Positions 59,638 through 64,000 of a DNA stretch of 64,000 bases are shown here, one piece after another. The translations under genes and the position numbers were made by a program. The DNA is taken from assembly GCA_951828235.1 (NCBI GenBank), contig OX639965.1, positions 2,970,129-3,034,128 of the forward strand, given 5' to 3'. The notes under the pieces were generated by a model. It did not search any database and had not been told where the DNA came from. It saw only the letters and a list, made by a program, of their open reading frames with translations. How positions within the stretch are numbered: position 1 is the first letter of the stretch; the number at the start of each line of letters is the position of its first letter. The stretch is from an uncultured Gammaproteobacteria bacterium (lineage in GTDB: Bacteria > Pseudomonadota > Gammaproteobacteria > Steroidobacterales > Foliamicaceae).

Positions 59638-59834
59638 CCCCCCCCCCCCCCAATTTCCAGGGAATGCGCTGGTGGATGCGCCACACCGAAGGACACCGTA
59701 AAGAGCACCCAGGCGACAGGCTACCGTGGTCCCGCCCCGCCGTGCGTTTTTTGGAAGGAGTCCGATCAACCGCGACCGGACCAGAATTCTATAGGGTAGA
59801 GAATACGCCTCACTATGGACCTACTGCGTCTTAG
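59595..59834 (+). CDS. Candidate lasso-type precursor peptide B2 (79 aa from GTG 59595; alternative ATG 59664 or 59676)
   Basis: MICAGLRVVASCQQSPPPPNFQGMRWWMRHTEGHRKEHPGDRLPWSRPAVRFLEGVRSTATGPEFYRVENTPHYGPTAS. Shares GRKEHxGDRLPWSRPAVR with peptide C and SPPPPNF with peptide P. Gly-to-Glu spacing of 8 and a C-terminal Ser. Confidence 0.6.
   Translation: MICAGLRVVASCQQSPPPPNFQGMRWWMRHTEGHRKEHPGDRLPWSRPAVRFLEGVRSTATGPEFYRVENTPHYGPTAS
59638..59651. repeat. Homopolymer C14 (G14 on the minus strand)
   Basis: Read directly: ...cagcaat cccccccccccccc aatttcc. Lies in the overlap of the 5' regions of the divergent ORFs B1(-) and B2(+). Confidence 0.95.
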
Positions 59835-59871
59835 CCCGATGCGGCTCGCGTAAATGCCGAGGAGCCAAGGC

Positions 59872-61188
59872 TCATGGGCGTACTGGGCATTTCGGCTTCT
59901 CTTTCGCATCCCCCGCAACCTGCAGACGTCCCGTACCGCCCCGGCGCGTTGTAGCTTGGCCGGAGCGTTTCCTGTTGCGCTCCAGCCTGCTGGCCAGCCA
60001 CAGGATCGGGCGCAGCGGCAGGTAGAGGAAGAACAGCCGATCAGGCAAATCCACCCTCCCCAAATCGTACGGCGCTACGCAAAGCCGGGCCAACTCGTGC
60101 GCCGCGCTGCGCCAGGACGGGTTCATCGCCTGACCGAGCCACAATTCGTCCATCCGTCGATCGAGGCCCTCAAGCCCTTTGCCGCCGTGCGGCCGGTTCC
60201 AGAGACGGCGAGTCGAGCGCATTGCGCGGCCGGCCCAGGCGCCCGGCGGCGGAAAAGCCGCAGGCGGGTCCACATGGAACATTTCCGAACACAGGAGAAG
60301 AGCCGCTCCGAACGCGGGCTCCAGCCGCAGTCCCTCGCGCCTGCACCGCTCGACGGCCGCAACGAGGTGGTCCTCGTCCATGGAAGCGAGCAGCGCAGCC
60401 ATGTCGCAAAGCCACTTCAGCCGGCTCCAGCGATGAAGCTGGCCGTGGATGGCCAGGTAGACCATCAGGTCGCCGTCGCCCAGGGAGGCGAAGGCTTGGC
60501 CGCCGATCTCGACGCTGACCGTGCTGGCGCTCAGCGTTTCAAAGGACGCGCGCAACAGGAACGGGTTGTTGACCAGGCGATGGTGCAGTTCCAGCTTGCC
60601 GTGGGGGCCGATAAAGAGGCGGTCCTTGACAAACCGGTCGTAGTGGCGGATGCGGGCCGGAGTCGGGTGAAATGACGGCTTGACAAGGCGCCAGCCACCC
60701 GACGCCAGAGCTTGGGCAGCCTCCGCGGCCTGCTCCCGCGGGACCAGCAGGTCAATGTCGATACAGTCCCTTGCAAGCGGCGTGCCGAACAACCGCATGC
60801 TCAGCGGCAGGCCCTTGAGCACCAGCGACGGAATACCGCTTGCGGCCAGACGATCCGTAGCCTCACGCAGGTCCGCGAGCTGCCGCAACCCTCGTCTCAT
60901 CCTGTGCTGTCGGAAGGGCTCCAGTGCAGCTTGCGCGTCGGGACTCGGGTCCGCGACGGCGCTCACGCCGCGGAGCAACAGCGAACCGACCCGGTGGCGC
61001 CTGGCGAGAGCGGCTACGGCGTTCCAGTCGGCGACGCCGTCGAGCGCCGCGGTATCCGCCTCCCGTGTGCCGACGCCCATGCCAAGGCGCAGCCCGGCAA
61101 GAAGGCCCGCGAACGGCGGCGTTCGAGCGCTGCGTGCGTTCCGCCGCTGCGCCGCCGCCGATGTTCCCATCAGGCCTTTCGGCATCAT
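59872..61188 (-). CDS. Uncharacterised nucleotidyltransferase-family protein (PF14907-like)
   Basis: 438 aa. ...LVLKGLPLSMRLFGTPLARDCIDIDLLVP... (GS/DxD nucleotidyltransferase-fold motif). 4-nt overlap with the upstream B2 gene. Confidence 0.7.
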   Translation of the reverse strand: MMPKGLMGTSAAAQRRNARSARTPPFAGLLAGLRLGMGVGTREADTAALDGVADWNAVAALARRHRVGSLLLRGVSAVADPSPDAQAALEPFRQHRMRRGLRQLADLREATDRLAASGIPSLVLKGLPLSMRLFGTPLARDCIDIDLLVPREQAAEAAQALASGGWRLVKPSFHPTPARIRHYDRFVKDRLFIGPHGKLELHHRLVNNPFLLRASFETLSASTVSVEIGGQAFASLGDGDLMVYLAIHGQLHRWSRLKWLCDMAALLASMDEDHLVAAVERCRREGLRLEPAFGAALLLCSEMFHVDPPAAFPPPGAWAGRAMRSTRRLWNRPHGGKGLEGLDRRMDELWLGQAMNPSWRSAAHELARLCVAPYDLGRVDLPDRLFFLYLPLRPILWLASRLERNRKRSGQATTRRGGTGRLQVAGDAKEKPKCPVRP

Positions 61189-61844
61189 GGCGATCTGGTC
61201 GACGAACGTCCCGGTTCGTCACCGTTGGGATACAGTGGCGACAGTGGAACGTAGGTGTCAAGTTCCCCGCCCCCGATGACGCACTGCCCGGCGACCATCA
61301 GCCAGGCGTGGTACTCGAGAGTCCGCTCCGGCGTTCGGCCTCGCCGCGCGCCGAAGACAAGACGGCTCGGGATACTCCGCCGGCGCAGCATCCATTGCGC
61401 CGCCATGGCCTGCGGCAGACAAAGCGCCTGGAACGGCAGGCGGCGGGCCACCTTGCGGACGACGCGCGCCATCTTTCGGGGGATACGCAGTCTCGCTGCC
61501 GCGCGCCGCTCTTCGTCGGCGCGTTCAGCCGGCCGCTCATCCGCGCCCGGGAGCATAGTGGAGCGCCGTTGCCTGGGCGATTCGGCGCGTTCGGGACAGG
61601 GCGAAGACTCCGGCACCATATCAAGACGACGGCGCCAGAACCGCATCGGCACATGCGCGACAAGCAGTCGCGCCAGCAGCAGGGTGAACGCCGCTTCCAG
61701 CGCCAGCGCCTGCGTTGCGGCCGGCAGGCGCAGAAAACTGCGAAGTCCGTTGACGGACGACGAAGCCCCGCGCTTTGCTGCGGCAAGCCGGCCCGCCCGC
61801 CGTCCCTGTTTCTTCATTTCGTCCTCGCCCACCACCTGCGCCAA
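61185..61844 (-). CDS. Lasso peptide biosynthesis B2 protein (transglutaminase-like cysteine protease, PF13471-like)
   Basis: 219 aa. ...LPFQALCLPQAMAAQWMLRRRSIPSRLVFGARRG....LEYHAWLMVAGQCVIGG gives the Cys...His pattern and the overall signature of leader peptidases of split-B lasso clusters. Confidence 0.85.
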   Translation of the reverse strand: MAQVVGEDEMKKQGRRAGRLAAAKRGASSSVNGLRSFLRLPAATQALALEAAFTLLLARLLVAHVPMRFWRRRLDMVPESSPCPERAESPRQRRSTMLPGADERPAERADEERRAAARLRIPRKMARVVRKVARRLPFQALCLPQAMAAQWMLRRRSIPSRLVFGARRGRTPERTLEYHAWLMVAGQCVIGGGELDTYVPLSPLYPNGDEPGRSSTRSP

Positions 61845-62058
61845 TTACGGTAAGGTACCGACCTGTGGTGTGCAAGTCGGCCGCGCGGGGCGCAGGTTAA
61901 ACGAAGAGTGAGCGATATACGGACACGCGCCGGCTGTCCGCTGGTGTTGAGCGGCTACCTGCCCGAGGCAGAGGCGTTTCTCGCAGCGCGTGGGGCGCTG
62001 GGACCGTGATCGTAGCGCCGCCGGCGTGCGCTGGGGCGAACTCGAACCGGAAGAAGTC

Positions 62059-62658
62059 TTACAAGAATCGCTCGGTGACCCTTACGACGTCGCCCGGCAG
62101 CACCTCATCGGTAACCGGTATAGGGCGTTCCGCGCGCGTGTCGTCGGTTGCGCGAATAATCATTACGCGGTTTGTGCGGGCCCGGTAGGTAAAGCCGCCG
62201 CCCAGCGCCACCGCTTCCCTAACGGTCATGCCGCTGACGTAGGGGTAGGGGCCGGGGTTGTTCACCTCGCCGATGATGTAGAAGGGCCGGTACTCCAGCA
62301 CCTCGACGCTGACCCTGGGATTCAGCAGGTAGTCGGGCTTGAGCGCCTCCACGACCATTTCCTGCGCTTCGCTGACTGTTGCTCCGCTAAAATCCAGCAC
62401 GCCAACCAGGGGCATGGCGATGGTACCGTTTTCACTGACCAGGAACTCTCCGCTCAGATCCTCGTGGCCAAAAACCGTGACGCGGATTCGGTCGCCGTGA
62501 CCGAGCACGTATTCTGATGCGGGCGCCTCGGAGGGCGTCTGATCCGTAGCGATCGCTTCGAACGAGTACGCCATTGCGATGCAAATAACTGCGGCGATGC
62601 TGAAACAACGCCGGTTTGCGGGAGTGCTGGTGGAGGGGCACGTCCGCGGCAAGCTCAT
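62059..62658 (-). CDS. Polysaccharide export protein (Wza/GumB/EpsA-like; Poly_export plus SLBB)
   Basis: 199 aa. YVLGHGDRIRVTVFGHEDLSGEFLVSENGTIAMPLVG and RPFYIIGEVNNPGPYPY. Confidence 0.85.
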   Translation of the reverse strand: MSLPRTCPSTSTPANRRCFSIAAVICIAMAYSFEAIATDQTPSEAPASEYVLGHGDRIRVTVFGHEDLSGEFLVSENGTIAMPLVGVLDFSGATVSEAQEMVVEALKPDYLLNPRVSVEVLEYRPFYIIGEVNNPGPYPYVSGMTVREAVALGGGFTYRARTNRVMIIRATDDTRAERPIPVTDEVLPGDVVRVTERFL

Positions 62659-63998
62659 AGGCTGAGCCGGACGTCCAAGAAAACGTAGTTCTTGGCGTAG
62701 TCGTCCCGCCGAACCGTTGAGTCCCTGCGCTGCCCCCGATAGCCGAAATTGGCGCTAACGGTCCTGTTGAACTTCCACGTTACCCAAATCGTGCTGGTCA
62801 CGATGTCGTCTTCGCGCTCGATTCCCTCGTAGCTGTTGGTGGTCACGCTCATATCGGCGCCAATCAGCACGTTGCGGCGCAATTCATGGTCCAGTCCGAT
62901 CTCCCAGGTTGACGAAAGATAGCCGGAAGCCTGCCGCAGCGCGGATTCGTTCACCGTGCGGCTCACCGCGCCCCGCACGGTGGTCAGCGGCGTAACGTTC
63001 CATGTCAGCACGCCACCGTATCCCAGCCCGTCCACGTCAGGAAGCCTTTCGTCCCGATCGTAAGACTGGCTGCGGTAACCGGCGAACACTTCGACCGCCA
63101 GCACCGCGCCGAGCTCCAGCCGTGAGCCAAGCACCGCTTCCGTGCCGTCGGAATCCCTCAGGTACCTATCCTCGCCCTGCGGGCGGTCGTACCGGCGGCT
63201 GTACCGTGTCGCGCGCAGGTACATCTCACTGGCGGACGCCACCTTCCAGCCCAGCCGCGCCGAAACCTCGCGCTCCGCCCGGTCACGGTCGTTCTGTACA
63301 AGCGGCCGGCCCGTGACGCTATCGACCGTATCATCGAACGCCACGTCCGTATAGCTGCCCTCCAGACCCACTGTCAGGCGGTTCATGCGCCGGAAGGCCT
63401 CCACCTGAACGCCCGACATCCGCCTCGACACGGGCCGCAGCGCAGTGGCGGGGGACTCCGGGTCGCCGCGTTCCTCGTGCAGTTCGCGCATGTTCACTTG
63501 GGCGCGCACCCAGGTATCGCGCCCAATATCGAACCTTCCCCCGGCGCCCAGGAACCAGTTCCTGACATCTTCATCGTCCGCTTCCTCGAAGGAACTCGCG
63601 TCAAGCCCTGCATCCAGCTCGATTTCGTGGCGGCTCCACCGCGAAACGCCGAAGATTCGCGGACGCGCGGCGCGCACGATGTCGCGCGTCGGCGCCTCGC
63701 GCAGCCTGTAGATGTTGTCGTCGTTGGCAAGGCCGAGTTCCACGGACGGAAACACCAGGAAGCCGCCAACGCCGATTCCGGCGGCATCCCAGTCCGGCCT
63801 GGGCCGGTTCGCGACAGTCATTTGCGATGCGCCGCCGTCCTCTTGCGCCATTGCGACCGGCGCCGGCAGGGCAGCGAGGATCAGCATTGCCCAGACCAGC
63901 CGCCTAAAGCTGCACAATGGATTCAGGATTATGCTCCGCCGGTGCTGCGCAAGGTGTACGGGTAAAGTCATTTCGCCCCCGCACACAAAAAAATTCAT
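62655..63998 (-). CDS. Outer-membrane beta-barrel protein associated with EPS loci (start uncertain)
   Basis: 447 aa ORF. Signal-like MLILAALPAPVAMAQ, alternating beta-strand pattern throughout, terminal ...YVFLDVRLSL. 4-nt overlap with the Wza-like gene. Confidence 0.6.
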   Translation of the reverse strand: MNFFVCGGEMTLPVHLAQHRRSIILNPLCSFRRLVWAMLILAALPAPVAMAQEDGGASQMTVANRPRPDWDAAGIGVGGFLVFPSVELGLANDDNIYRLREAPTRDIVRAARPRIFGVSRWSRHEIELDAGLDASSFEEADDEDVRNWFLGAGGRFDIGRDTWVRAQVNMRELHEERGDPESPATALRPVSRRMSGVQVEAFRRMNRLTVGLEGSYTDVAFDDTVDSVTGRPLVQNDRDRAEREVSARLGWKVASASEMYLRATRYSRRYDRPQGEDRYLRDSDGTEAVLGSRLELGAVLAVEVFAGYRSQSYDRDERLPDVDGLGYGGVLTWNVTPLTTVRGAVSRTVNESALRQASGYLSSTWEIGLDHELRRNVLIGADMSVTTNSYEGIEREDDIVTSTIWVTWKFNRTVSANFGYRGQRRDSTVRRDDYAKNYVFLDVRLSL

Positions 63999-64000
63999 GT

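Noticed and set aside
54183-59790. Repeated ~100-200-bp elements at 54183-54375, 57265-57354 and 59482-59785, first suspected to be a structured ncRNA, riboswitch (some resemblance to GGCGA...UAAUGA fluoride-type strings) or MITE.
   Set aside because: The putative conserved RNA strings are not conserved between copies (cgtaatgac versus ttttttgga). Proposed stems lack covariation. Each copy instead encodes a peptide with the same W-x-R-P-x-V-R leader motif, on the strand predicted by codon-position bias. I saw no terminal inverted repeats or target-site duplications.
49485-62058. Mobile-element boundaries (integrase, transposase, flanking direct repeats, tRNA target) for the RiPP cluster, and likewise for the toxin-antitoxin islet at 33.5-34.2 kb.
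   Set aside because: No ORF in the six-frame track shows recombinase/transposase motifs (DDE, tyrosine or serine recombinase). The only tRNA (10140-10212) is distant. Insertion remains an inference from gene order only.

Overview
High-GC proteobacterial chromosomal window (GC judged by eye, not computed). About 1-36 kb is mostly conserved core and envelope genes on both strands: an SPFH protein, an FAD oxidoreductase, an S41 peptidase, a mirrored duplicated small-protein plus methyltransferase module, Tat/Sec-signal hydrolases, tRNA-Lys(UUU), cpoB-pal-tolBARQ, ruvBAC, yebC, lpdA-sucB-sucA, a GT2/LAB_N/GT39 lipid-linked glycosylation trio with a UDP-sugar epimerase, two tandem MFS transporters, a TauD-family dioxygenase, thpR and a RelE-type toxin-antitoxin pair in a visibly lower-GC islet. 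From about 36.6 kb there is a Wzx/Wzy-type exopolysaccharide locus: Wzc tyrosine autokinase, polymerase-like protein, flippase, GT4, formyltransferase, galE, priming sugar transferase, O-antigen-ligase-like protein and a PPP phosphatase, with the Wza-like exporter and an outer-membrane barrel at 62-64 kb. The main finding sits inside that locus at about 49.7-61.9 kb: a split-B lasso-peptide-type RiPP cluster with a PqqD-like RRE, a transglutaminase-like B2 protease, an Asn-synthetase-like cyclase and an ABC exporter. It carries an unusually large tailoring set: an HPr-kinase-like/sulfotransferase fusion, GT8, a second sulfotransferase, an Asp/Asn beta-hydroxylase-family protein and a PF14907-like nucleotidyltransferase. 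I find five paralogous small precursor-like ORFs on both strands. They share a W-x-R-P-x-(V/I)-R leader motif and a T-x-(S/T)-G junction, and four of the five end in Ser. In most copies the acidic residue does not fall at the canonical ring position 7-9. A C14 homopolymer lies where two divergent precursor ORFs overlap. No rRNA, CRISPR array, transposase or integrase was recognised. All family calls rest on motifs read by eye from the ORF translations, and gene starts are frequently uncertain.
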